Assembly (NCBI GenBank): GCA_964428745.1
Contig: CAYRYZ010000001.1
Coordinates: forward strand, 13,396-77,395
Source of the DNA: an uncultured bacterium
GTDB lineage: Bacteria; Fidelibacterota; Marinisomatia; Marinisomatales; TCS55
Direction of reading: 5' to 3'
DNA length: 64,000 bases
The notes beneath the pieces are model-generated. The model was given only the letters and a program-made list of their open reading frames with translations, searched no databases and was not told the origin of the DNA. A program made the position numbers and the translations under genes. The first letter of the stretch is position 1. Every line of letters begins with the position of its first letter. Shown here piece by piece: positions 1-11,420 of this stretch.

Positions 1-186
1 TTCTTTGCCTGTTTTTGGGTCAATTTTAACCTCTGACCAATTTCTTAAAAACTCAAATTTCCCGGGGGCATACATTAGTGCCCAAGTAGGAGCTTCGTCT
101 CCTACCTCCAAATCTTTTTTATCAGCATCTTGAGCAAGAATTAAACCACTTAATAATATTATTAATAGCTTTGAAATCATTTTCAT
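1..186 (-). CDS. Partial CDS (N-terminus only, runs off the window): secreted thioredoxin-fold/redoxin-like protein
   Basis: Reverse-strand ATG at 186 gives MKMISKLLIILLSGLILAQDADKKDLEVGDEAPTWAL... This is a signal peptide followed by a VGDxAP motif that commonly opens TlpA/AhpC-type redoxin domains. Absent from the ORF track because it is truncated by the window edge. Confidence 0.35.
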   Translation of the reverse strand, partial: MKMISKLLIILLSGLILAQDADKKDLEVGDEAPTWALMYAPGKFEFLRNWSEVKIDPKTGKE

Positions 187-220
187 TTTTATCCGCATCC
201 TTATTGTAATTTTATTATAA

Positions 221-1045
221 TTAATCTAAAAGAATTAATACTCTGCAATCATTTAAGATATTGCTATTCCGATTTGCTACATCTATACGTGATACATCCG
301 CATTACTTATGGTTATATCTGTTCGATTTGTTCCTGATGTGGCAACACCTTTTACAACAAGAGGATTGCCTGTAACTCTTGGATCTTTTTGAGCAGTTTC
401 TAATGTTTTGGAATACCCAGCTACCCCATTGTTTACGGCATATTTACGATCGTACTTACCTGGGCCATAAACAGCATTACCATTTTGATCTAGAATCCTA
501 GGGGCCATAGCTGGACGCGCCTTTAGTCCTCGAGCATCAATGATTAATCCAGTAACGCCACCGGTTGTCGTGTTCAGTGCTGTAGCTGCCCCAGGTCCGC
601 CTGCATTATTGGCAGGTGCCACTGCTACAGTGAGTGGTGGTAACATTATATCTGAAATCCCACTCATGGGAACCGTAAACTCAACTTCAACTGACGTATC
701 ACTTAAATATTTGGGTTGGCCTACCTGACGAGCACCTCTAATAAACCCTCTAACCTTTGTATTAATAACATCATCAACCATAGCACCGCTCATCGTGGTT
801 TCGCTAGTAAGAGTTACACCGTTCACAATCTCAATCAACTGCCTTAAAGCATCTTGTTTAGCGATCCGAAGTGCCATTCTTCGCGCTTGCCCAGCATTAA
901 CAGCATTAGTTGGGACAAAACCAATTCCAACAGCATTAATGGCTTGTGCAGAATAATCAACGCTTCCATTATCCATTTGAGTAACAACACCTTGAGAAAG
1001 TGCAAGGCTAAATATAAAAATTGAAACCCCAATTATTTTTTTCAT
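221..1045 (-). CDS. Secreted LPP20/FlgP-like domain protein
   Basis: Signal peptide MKKIIGVSIFIFSLALSQG follows a GAGGA SD, so I prefer ATG 1045 to the track start 1060. The segment AGQARRMALRIAKQDALRQLIEIVNGVTLTSETT has the helix-then-strand pattern I associate with LPP20-type domains. A Gly/Ala/Thr-rich linker and an unknown C-terminal domain follow. Confidence 0.4.
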   Translation of the reverse strand: MKKIIGVSIFIFSLALSQGVVTQMDNGSVDYSAQAINAVGIGFVPTNAVNAGQARRMALRIAKQDALRQLIEIVNGVTLTSETTMSGAMVDDVINTKVRGFIRGARQVGQPKYLSDTSVEVEFTVPMSGISDIMLPPLTVAVAPANNAGGPGAATALNTTTGGVTGLIIDARGLKARPAMAPRILDQNGNAVYGPGKYDRKYAVNNGVAGYSKTLETAQKDPRVTGNPLVVKGVATSGTNRTDITISNADVSRIDVANRNSNILNDCRVLILLD

Positions 1046-1056
1046 ATAATTCCTCA

Positions 1057-2172
1057 TCATTGTACAACTTCCGCAGTTATACGGTTACCTGTTAACCCTG
1101 TAACTTTGAAATTCAAACCATCTGGGCTTGTTTGTGCTAAACCCATAGCCAAGGCCTGCGACTTTCCCTCAAATTCAACTTCGTATTCAGCTACACCTTC
1201 ATTTAAACTTTTAGCGTACGCATTTCTGATACCAGAAACAGTCTGTGCCTTTAAAAAAGATTCAAATGTCATATAAGACATAAAATCGGCACCTTTTAAA
1301 ACAATATAGACTTTAATAAAATTAGACTGCTGAGTACTCCATTTAGTAATCAACTGTGAAATAATATTATTACCTAATTTTTCTGCACCATCATTAGCAG
1401 CATTTACACCTGAAGTGGTCGGAGAAATGTGAACTTTTTTCCCACGCGCCTGTGGGACCACAGCAAGAATCTCTCCTGTATCAGCCCTAACAATCTTCCC
1501 ATTAATATCAGCTTGACCTGAATGCATATTATATACCATCCCGCCAGATGAAATTTTTGCAGTTCCAATTACAATTACTTCTGCACCTAATTGTGCTGCA
1601 ATTTTTGCAGCCGCAGCTACATTACCTTCTAAAGCCTGACCATAATCTTTATCTCCTTTTAAGGCTTGAACAAGTTCACGGTCAACAACATCAAAGCCCT
1701 TTTCATAAAACATTGATAGCAATTTAGTCTCTGCAAAATTAGTAGGTGTATTATCAATCAAATTTACTTCTTTAACCAAAAAGATAATTCTCGGTCTATT
1801 CATACCATTGAGTAGGGTTTGAAGCGCAGCTTCATCCGCCATAACCTGATCTATCATATCAGTAACTTTTGCCTCGATCGTAATTTCAAAGTTACCATCT
1901 GGACCTTTACTTTCTTTGATTACCTTAAAGGATTTCACAAACCCTTGAGCTTTTGAATAGATATTGTCCTCAATAGAAGTTGCAGTTACTGTCGTGGTAG
2001 ACGTCATATACGCACCTAGGCCTTGTTCTACAGCATCTCGTTTTGCCTGCTCAATTGCTGCATCTTTGGTCAAGCCATATCCGACCCCTGTTGCCGTCTG
2101 GGCTTGTGCAAAAATACAAGATAATAGAGATAATGATAAAACCAATATCCCTTTAATCATTGTTTTAACCAT
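1057..2172 (-). CDS. Secreted protein with an LPP20-like N-domain and a CsgG/FlgO/LpoB-like central domain
   Basis: Signal peptide, then TATGVGYGLTKDAAIEQAKRDAVEQGLGAYMTSTT (LPP20-like). The central RPRIIFLVKEVN...GFDVVDRELVQAL...AAQLGAEVIVIGTA segment matches the CsgG/FlgO-type pattern. Start 2172 (MVKT) or 2160 is preferred over the track start 2220. Confidence 0.35.
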   Translation of the reverse strand: MVKTMIKGILVLSLSLLSCIFAQAQTATGVGYGLTKDAAIEQAKRDAVEQGLGAYMTSTTTVTATSIEDNIYSKAQGFVKSFKVIKESKGPDGNFEITIEAKVTDMIDQVMADEAALQTLLNGMNRPRIIFLVKEVNLIDNTPTNFAETKLLSMFYEKGFDVVDRELVQALKGDKDYGQALEGNVAAAAKIAAQLGAEVIVIGTAKISSGGMVYNMHSGQADINGKIVRADTGEILAVVPQARGKKVHISPTTSGVNAANDGAEKLGNNIISQLITKWSTQQSNFIKVYIVLKGADFMSYMTFESFLKAQTVSGIRNAYAKSLNEGVAEYEVEFEGKSQALAMGLAQTSPDGLNFKVTGLTGNRITAEVVQ

Positions 2173-2220
2173 ATTTATCCGTTTTATTCTTAGTGAAGGG
2201 TTACATTGTAAATTATTCAA

Positions 2221-2279
2221 TTAAGCAAAGTTAAGCAATATATATCCTCGACTGGTGTGATTCAGATCAATTTGCTTAA
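2221..2279. promoter_or_regulatory. Three copies of the 8-mer TTAAGCAA (two direct, one inverted) in a divergent promoter region
   Basis: TTAAGCAA at 2221-2228 and 2231-2238, with its exact reverse complement TTGCTTAA at 2272-2279. They lie between the divergently transcribed genes at 1057-2172 (-) and 2359-3483 (+). Confidence 0.3.
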
Positions 2280-2358
2280 TTCAAGTAATTCCCCTTGTTT
2301 TCATGTATAGTTGTTTCAAGTTATATTCAAGCTACATAAACTTTTTAAGGAATTGGTA

Positions 2359-3483
2359 ATGCTGAAAAAATATGGTTCGTTAATCTCAATTATTTTGCTA
2401 ATTTTTCTTAGCTCTTGTTCTACAAAGCCAGAAAGTGACGTAGATACACCTGAATATCATTTTAAAGCTGGTATGCGCGCAGTTGACAATGGTGACTATC
2501 AACAAGCTATAAAATCTTTTCAAAGATCAGTTGATCTAGATAAAAAATTTGCTCTAGGCTATGGTGGTCTTGGTCTTGCTCATGCAAATTTAGGTAATAA
2601 TAAAGATGCTAAAGATTTTGCATCAAAGTGTGCGAGTCGTGGAAGCAAGGATCCAGAAGCTTTATCTCTAAGTGGCCAAGTTTGGATCACAATGCGATCT
2701 TCGGAGAAAAGATGGTTTAAACGTGCTGAGGATTATCTTGAAAAAGCATTAAAACGTGATAAAGAGCATGAAGGTTCTCAATACTGGTTTGGTGTAGCTC
2801 ATTTATACAATTATCAATTTAGTGAAGCAGAAAATTATTTCCGCTCTGTCGTTGAAAAAAGAGGAGATTTTTCAGGAAAAGCAGATGCCAAATGGAAATT
2901 ATCCCAAAAAATTGTTCGAGCGATGCCAGGAACCCCTGGTGGGAGAAAAGTTGCTTTAAAAGAACGTATAAACAGAGCAGATTTAGCTGTACTGTTCGCA
3001 GAAGAATTGAAGATCGGTGTATTGTTTGATAGAATGCCTGTACAAAATAGTGGGTTCCAAACACCTTCTCAAGCAAACCAAACCGCAACTGTTACTGTGC
3101 CGAATGATTCAAGAGATCACTGGGCAGAAACATGGATTAAGGATATGATCCGCTATGGAATCATGAATGTAGAGCCTGATGGAAATTTTTACCCAGATGA
3201 TGATATTAATCGTGCAAATTATGCTTTAGCTGTTCAAAGATTATTGGTAGTAGCAACTAGGGATGAAAGTTTAGAAACCAAATACTTTGGAGAAGCCCAG
3301 AGTCGTTTTACTGATGTACCTGCAAGTCATTTCGCATATAATGCAATGGCAATATGTACTGAAAGAGGTATTATGGAAATTGATATGATGACAAATCGAT
3401 TTAATCCAACTGGCGATGTAACGGGTGCTGATGCATTATTAATCATCCGAAAAGTACAATCATCACTCAGAATGACATTTTAA
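2359..3483 (+). CDS. TPR-repeat lipoprotein with two C-terminal SLH (S-layer homology) domains
   Basis: AAGGA SD then MLKKYGSLISIILLIFLSSCS (lipobox LSSC). TPR-like region DYQQAIKSFQRSVDLDKKFALGYGGLGLAH. Two SLH-like motifs: HWAETWIKDMIRYGIMNVEPDGNFYPDDDINRANYALAV and FTDVPASHFAYNAMAICTERGIM...FNPTGDVTGADAL. Confidence 0.6.
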   Translation: MLKKYGSLISIILLIFLSSCSTKPESDVDTPEYHFKAGMRAVDNGDYQQAIKSFQRSVDLDKKFALGYGGLGLAHANLGNNKDAKDFASKCASRGSKDPEALSLSGQVWITMRSSEKRWFKRAEDYLEKALKRDKEHEGSQYWFGVAHLYNYQFSEAENYFRSVVEKRGDFSGKADAKWKLSQKIVRAMPGTPGGRKVALKERINRADLAVLFAEELKIGVLFDRMPVQNSGFQTPSQANQTATVTVPNDSRDHWAETWIKDMIRYGIMNVEPDGNFYPDDDINRANYALAVQRLLVVATRDESLETKYFGEAQSRFTDVPASHFAYNAMAICTERGIMEIDMMTNRFNPTGDVTGADALLIIRKVQSSLRMTF

Positions 3484-3512
3484 TTCACTACTGTCATAAA
3501 TAATTGGTATAT

Positions 3513-3546
3513 AAAAAAGGGCTGCTTGAACAGCCCTTTTTGTTTT
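3513..3546 (+). terminator. Rho-independent terminator
   Basis: GGGCTG (3519-3524), loop CTTGAA, CAGCCC (3531-3536), then TTTTTGTTTTT. It is preceded by an A-run. Confidence 0.8.
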
Positions 3547-3577
3547 TGCACCATTCTCTAATAACTTAAATTCTCCT

Positions 3578-4594
3578 ATGAGGAAATATCAGCTAATTGT
3601 ACTCCTTGCAATATCCTTTTTTACGCTTCAATGTGTAGAAACATTAATTACTGTTAATGTTTTTCAAGATGGGAATTATCATATGCAATTTCAATCTAAA
3701 GGTGATAAAGAAGATGTTTATGATCTAGATTTTCCTATACCCAAGCAAGATCCCTGGCTTTATAAAACTTCCAAGATGAATAATCAAGATGGCGGGGATT
3801 CAATTTATGTAGCCAATTCTGAAGCTATTTTATCAGGAGCAACGATTTTCCATCCTATTCAAGATGGGCCAGGAGTACAACGTCATCCTATTATCGTCAA
3901 AAAACAGAAAAGTACTTTTTCCACATCTTATGAATTATTGAAAGTTTTTTCTGGACGTAAAGTTCAACAAAAATATCCATTATTAGCTAAAGTCATGTTT
4001 AATGCTTCTTCAGATTCTATTGATTTATTAATAGAAACAGAAATTATCATGTATTGTTTAAAAATGGGTATGCAAGATCTCCAAGGTAAATATTCTATAA
4101 AAGATTTAACCCGAGAACGAATTCTTAATCATTTTAAGGGCGTTTTCTATAAAGCTGAAGAAGAAGGGAATTTATTTGGGATTTTAAATTCTTCATCTAA
4201 CATTGAAAAAAATAAATTCGTTATACCTCAATCATTAATTAAAACAAACTTTAGACCATTTGAAAATTTATTGCCGCAGAACTATGTTTCTGACTGTATT
4301 AAAGCCATGGCTCCATATATCAAGGAGGCCAATATTACTGTTAGCTTAAATGACGATACATATAAATTTGCCTGCACATTACCTGGAAGAATAGCACATT
4401 CAAACGCTGATTCTACATCAAATGATACCCTTTGGTGGTCTTTCAGTACTCAAGATTTTCTTAATGATGATTATGTGATAGAAGCAGCATCCGTGGTTTA
4501 TTATAAAACCAATATTCAGAGAGTGGTTGTAGGAAGTGCTTTGGTCGTTTTATTAGTCTTAATTTTCATATCTAAAAAAAGGAAGCGTTCATGA
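3578..4594 (+). CDS. Hypothetical envelope protein (N-terminal lipoprotein-like signal, C-terminal TM anchor with KKRKRS tail)
   Basis: The ORF has signal LLAISFFTLQC and C-terminal VVVGSALVVLLVLIFISKKRKRS. No family recognised. Its stop overlaps the next start (ATGA). Confidence 0.5.
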   Translation: MRKYQLIVLLAISFFTLQCVETLITVNVFQDGNYHMQFQSKGDKEDVYDLDFPIPKQDPWLYKTSKMNNQDGGDSIYVANSEAILSGATIFHPIQDGPGVQRHPIIVKKQKSTFSTSYELLKVFSGRKVQQKYPLLAKVMFNASSDSIDLLIETEIIMYCLKMGMQDLQGKYSIKDLTRERILNHFKGVFYKAEEEGNLFGILNSSSNIEKNKFVIPQSLIKTNFRPFENLLPQNYVSDCIKAMAPYIKEANITVSLNDDTYKFACTLPGRIAHSNADSTSNDTLWWSFSTQDFLNDDYVIEAASVVYYKTNIQRVVVGSALVVLLVLIFISKKRKRS

Positions 4595-4969
4595 AATACC
4601 TATTAATAGCATTAATTGCTATAACATCGCATTTAATGGCAAAACCAAAGTTTACTGATCAACAGATTGCAGCAATGACTCCGCAATATTTCAAAAGAAA
4701 TCATTCTGCTCCAAAACTTACCGGATTAAAAATTTATACTAAAGATGGCGAAAGGACATATTACGTCGAAATCCTTGCTGATAGAAATCGTTCGAGTGAC
4801 GACCTGAGTTTTGCAGTATCTGCATTAGCTAATATGGGACAATATGCAAAAAAACCATTCAAAAAGTATGTCGTAGTTATGCATTATGATGTACGTGGAA
4901 AAACTTCAGATATTTGCGAAGCAAATGCTCGCTGCACAGCAGATTATATGATTAGAAAACAAGTCAATT

Positions 4970-7479
<2,510 letters not shown>

Positions 7480-7489
7480 AAGCTTAGAT

Positions 7490-8677
7490 ATGAAAAAAAT
7501 GATTTTATGGATAATTCCTCTTATTTTATTAGCTGAGGAAAAAACGTTGTCATCTGTCCTAGTTGCAGATGGTTACAAAAAACCTGTTTTTGTAACCTCA
7601 TACCCAAATGATTCAAAATTACTTTATGTTGTTGAGCAAGCTGGGTTGATAAGAATAATAAAAAATGGAAAAAAGCTTAATAGGCCATTTTTTGATATAA
7701 ACAAAAAAGTGGTAAATCCAAACAGACCTGGAGATGAACGAGGTTTGCTGGGGTTTGCATTCCATCCAAATCATATTAATAATGGAAAATTTTACATTAA
7801 TTATATGGATAATAATGGATTTACTATTGTATCAGAATTCATGGTTAATTCTCAATTAAGGGCTAATCATAAATCAGAGCGAGTGATTTTGAAACTTGAA
7901 CAACCTTATCGCAATCATAATGGTGGAGATATTCAATTTGGACCCGATGGTTATCTTTATATATCAATTGGGGATGGGGGTAAAGCAGGCGATCCCCTCA
8001 ATTCAGGCCAGGATCTCAATTCAATTTTTGGGAAAATAATTCGTATTGATGTCAATGAGTCACCTTATGCAATCCCAAAATCTAATCCATTTTATGGACA
8101 AAAAGATAAACGTGGCGAAATATGGGCGTGGGGGTTGAGAAATGTCTGGCGATTTTCTTTTGATAAACAAACCGGTGATAAATATTATGGGGATGTTGGC
8201 CAAAATAAATGGGAAGAAGTTAATTTTGAGCCAGTTACAAGTGCGGGTGGAATAAATTTTGGTTGGCGGATTATGGAAGCAAATCACTGTTATGACCCAG
8301 CAGAAAATTGTCAGACCAAAGGATTAACAAAACCAATTGTTGAATACCCTAATGATGCTAACTATATGGTTATACTCGGGGGTGGATCACAAACTGATGC
8401 AGAAGGCTGTTCTGTTACAGGTGGTTACGTTTATCGAGGAACAAATATAAAAAGTATGCAGGGGGTATATATTTTTGGGGATTATTGTTCCGGGAATATT
8501 TGGACACTAAAGGTAGTTAATGGAAAAGCCACAAATTTTGTAAACCGCACAGAGGAAATCAATTTAGCTGACGGCGAATTCACTACATATATTTCATCTT
8601 TTGGACAAGATAGTGACGGGGAATTATATATTGTTGATTATAATGGCGGTGTTTATAAACTAATTGAGAAAAACTAA
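7490..8677 (+). CDS. PQQ-dependent sugar dehydrogenase (glucose/sorbosone dehydrogenase family), secreted
   Basis: ERGLLGFAFHPN, YRNHNGGDIQFGPDGYLYISIGDGG and EIWAWGLRNVWRFSFD motifs typical of the soluble aldose/sorbosone dehydrogenase beta-propeller. Confidence 0.8.
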   Translation: MKKMILWIIPLILLAEEKTLSSVLVADGYKKPVFVTSYPNDSKLLYVVEQAGLIRIIKNGKKLNRPFFDINKKVVNPNRPGDERGLLGFAFHPNHINNGKFYINYMDNNGFTIVSEFMVNSQLRANHKSERVILKLEQPYRNHNGGDIQFGPDGYLYISIGDGGKAGDPLNSGQDLNSIFGKIIRIDVNESPYAIPKSNPFYGQKDKRGEIWAWGLRNVWRFSFDKQTGDKYYGDVGQNKWEEVNFEPVTSAGGINFGWRIMEANHCYDPAENCQTKGLTKPIVEYPNDANYMVILGGGSQTDAEGCSVTGGYVYRGTNIKSMQGVYIFGDYCSGNIWTLKVVNGKATNFVNRTEEINLADGEFTTYISSFGQDSDGELYIVDYNGGVYKLIEKN

Positions 8678-8688
8678 AAAGGTTAATA

Positions 8689-9024
8689 ATGGACAAACTA
8701 CCAATGAAAATTGATAATGTTTTAGATGATATTGTGCTTATTGTTCTTGATGGTCATGAACCATTAAAAGAACTAGGCGTCGACCAAAATAAAATATATG
8801 TGAGAGTAGTTGGATATGATGAATATGGAATGTGGGTTGATCGTCCATCATTTAAAATTCCGATAATTAAAAATGGAAATTTGGAAAGTGAAAAAGAGGT
8901 TGCTGCATCAATGCTAATCCCTTGGGGATTTATAGCATCTATTGTTCATTTCCCCGATGTTGAAGGCTTTGATTTCCCAAACCCATTTGATACTTCTATT
9001 GGTTTTGACCCTGGGGAAAAATGA
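8689..9024 (+). CDS. Hypothetical cytoplasmic protein (111 aa)
   Basis: The ORF has no signal peptide. Its stop overlaps the start of the ABC ATPase (ATGA). No family recognised. Confidence 0.4.
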   Translation: MDKLPMKIDNVLDDIVLIVLDGHEPLKELGVDQNKIYVRVVGYDEYGMWVDRPSFKIPIIKNGNLESEKEVAASMLIPWGFIASIVHFPDVEGFDFPNPFDTSIGFDPGEK

Positions 9025-9947
9025 AACCTTCTGCCGTTTCAATTCAAAATCTGAAAAAGAGTTATGGTGATACCACTGCTCTTAAAGGTATAAATATAGA
9101 AATCAATGACGGAGAATTTTTTGGACTACTAGGTCCAAATGGTGCCGGCAAAACAACTACGATTAATATTTTAACGGGTCTTGTAAGAAAAGATTCAGGT
9201 TCAGCTGATATTTTTGGTCAAGATACAATTTCTAATTATAGATATACCCGGGCTCAAATTGGAATATCTGCTCAAGAATTTGCCCAGGATTGGTTTTTTC
9301 CTATTGAAAAATTGCTTTATTTCCAAGCAGGTTATTATGGGATATCTAAAACACAAGCTAAAAGTAAAGTTGATGAATTATTTGAAAGATTAGGGCTTGA
9401 AAAAAAACGTCAAGCAAGACTGCGTCAATTATCGGGTGGCATGAAACGAAGATTCCAAATTGCAAAAGCATTAGTTCATGATCCTAAAATATTAATCTTA
9501 GATGAGCCAACAGCTGGTGTTGACGTAAAACTTCGCCATGAATTATGGCAATATTTTAGGGAACTTCATCAGGCAGGAAAAACTATTCTATTGACCACTC
9601 ATTATATTGAAGAAGCTGAAATGTTATGTGACCAAGTTGCTATAATTGATAACGGAGAAGTTATCACTAAAGGAACACCAAAAAATTTAACTGGCAAACA
9701 GGGTGACTCTGGAATTACAATTAATTTATCCGATACTGAAGTTGATCTAAAAACTTATTTAAAAGAATTTTCCTATTCCTTAGATAATGAAAGGATTCAT
9801 TTTGTCAGTAATGACCCAGAAGGAGATCTACCCAAAATCATAAATTCGCTTACTAAAGCAGGATGTCATATTCAGCGTGTAGAAACAACAAAATCATCTT
9901 TAGAAGATGTGTTTTTAAAACTCACAGGAAAAGGAATCAACGAATGA
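9021..9947 (+). CDS. ABC transporter ATP-binding protein (ABC-2 exporter type)
   Basis: Walker A GPNGAGKTT, signature LSGGMKRR, Walker B ILILDEPTAGVD, H-loop TTHYIEE. Confidence 0.9.
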   Translation: MKPSAVSIQNLKKSYGDTTALKGINIEINDGEFFGLLGPNGAGKTTTINILTGLVRKDSGSADIFGQDTISNYRYTRAQIGISAQEFAQDWFFPIEKLLYFQAGYYGISKTQAKSKVDELFERLGLEKKRQARLRQLSGGMKRRFQIAKALVHDPKILILDEPTAGVDVKLRHELWQYFRELHQAGKTILLTTHYIEEAEMLCDQVAIIDNGEVITKGTPKNLTGKQGDSGITINLSDTEVDLKTYLKEFSYSLDNERIHFVSNDPEGDLPKIINSLTKAGCHIQRVETTKSSLEDVFLKLTGKGINE

Positions 9948-10705
9948 ACTGGATTGGCTTTTGGACTTTGACCTCTCGAGAAGTTGGGCGTTTTTTCTCA
10001 GTATATAGGCAAACAATTATTCCTGGGCTATCATCATCAATGCTATATATTGTTATTTTTGGTTTTACTCTTGAAAAACGAATTTCGTCTATCGATGGTA
10101 TTCCCTATACTATTTTTATCATTCCTGGCCTAATTATGATGAACGCACTAACAAATGCAACTTCGAATTCTGCTTCTTCTATGCTTCAAATGAAACTTCT
10201 AGGCCAGTTACCAGATATTTTACAAGCACCTCTATCTAGTTTTGAGATTTCTTTAGCCTACATTATTGGAGGCACAGTAAGGGGAACTGTTAATGGAATA
10301 TTAATTCTTATTGTTGGAGTAGGATTAAGTGATATGACCATTGTCCATCCTTTATCAACTATTGGATTTATTATAATTGTATCATGGGCATTTTCTTCAA
10401 TTGGATTATTACTAGGTCAACTAGCCGAGTCATGGGATCAATTGGCTACGATGCAAAATTTCATTTTAACCCCTCTAAGTTTTCTTGGAGGAATTTTTTA
10501 TTCAATTAAAATGTTACCTGACTGGGCACAGGTTGCTAGTCAATACAACCCTATTTATTATATGATAAATGGGCTACGTTACACCATATTAAATACATCA
10601 GATTCAAGTCCCCATACAAATTTAGGTGTGGCAATAATGTTGACAATTATTTTTTCAATAGCAGCAATTCTGCTTATGGAAAGTGGGAAAAAAATAAAGT
10701 ATTGA
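9944..10705 (+). CDS. ABC-2 type transporter permease
   Basis: Six predicted TM segments. The MNWIGFWTLTSREVGRFF N-terminus is typical of ABC-2 permeases. ATG at 9944 overlaps the ATPase stop (ATGA); the track start 9863 is an in-frame extension inside the ATPase gene. Confidence 0.8.
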   Translation: MNWIGFWTLTSREVGRFFSVYRQTIIPGLSSSMLYIVIFGFTLEKRISSIDGIPYTIFIIPGLIMMNALTNATSNSASSMLQMKLLGQLPDILQAPLSSFEISLAYIIGGTVRGTVNGILILIVGVGLSDMTIVHPLSTIGFIIIVSWAFSSIGLLLGQLAESWDQLATMQNFILTPLSFLGGIFYSIKMLPDWAQVASQYNPIYYMINGLRYTILNTSDSSPHTNLGVAIMLTIIFSIAAILLMESGKKIKY

Positions 10706-11400
10706 AAAAATATCTATTTTTATTATTTTTTATTATTTTACCAATTTCAGGTCAAACCGATTCGTCCGCATGGGAACAATATTTACGATTTGGTATGGTT
10801 AATGTTGATTCAACTAATGGTGGGTTTGGATATTTTCGCCTAAATCGAACAACTTCAAATACATTCCGTGATTTGAGATTTTTTGCGTATGGATTAGAAA
10901 ATAATTCATTTATTTATTTAAGGTATAAATCCAGTAATAAATATTTATCTCAACCCAAATTTTATAGATATACTATTACCTCATTTAGAAAGAACACACG
11001 TGCAAATGTCAATTTACAGTATCATTTCAATCAAGGCTTTGGTTATTTTATTAAGGATTATAATAATGGTTTAATAAATATGGAATTAGGTCATGCCTTT
11101 GATACATCAGATTACCTAAATGCTACTCGTAAAACTTCTTATTTAAGAACTGGTATTTTTTGGGATCATGATACCAATTATTTTTCTTCGAAATTAGAGT
11201 TCGAACACTTTTCGCAAATCAGTGAAGTCATTGAAAATAGACTATCTAGAAGCATCTATCTTTTAGAATTAATTTTTCCTTTAAAGAATGGAGTTTTTAT
11301 TAACATTAATTATGAGAAGGAAGATTACATTGGGCCAAATCAAACTGATGCAGCATCAATTATATTAGCAGTTCAATGGAAGGGAAATTTTAAAATATAA
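10702..11400 (+). CDS. Putative outer-membrane beta-barrel protein (DUF481/YdiY-like?)
   Basis: Signal peptide MKKYLFLLFFIILPISGQ. Alternating aromatic/polar strands and a terminal aromatic-rich strand (AVQWKGNFKI). TTG start overlaps the permease stop (TTGA). Confidence 0.35.
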   Translation: MKKYLFLLFFIILPISGQTDSSAWEQYLRFGMVNVDSTNGGFGYFRLNRTTSNTFRDLRFFAYGLENNSFIYLRYKSSNKYLSQPKFYRYTITSFRKNTRANVNLQYHFNQGFGYFIKDYNNGLINMELGHAFDTSDYLNATRKTSYLRTGIFWDHDTNYFSSKLEFEHFSQISEVIENRLSRSIYLLELIFPLKNGVFININYEKEDYIGPNQTDAASIILAVQWKGNFKI

Positions 11401-11420
11401 TTATTAATTAATTATATTTT

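Noticed and set aside
540-2224. Small ORFs (62-86 aa) at 540-728, 844-1032 and 1964-2224 overlapping the LPP20-like genes
   Set aside because: They are antisense or out-of-frame shadows within better-supported longer genes. They have no SD, no motifs and odd composition.
9863-9943. 81-nt N-terminal extension of the ABC-2 permease ORF
   Set aside because: It lies inside the ATPase coding region. The ATG at 9944 gives a canonical ATGA coupling and a typical permease N-terminus.
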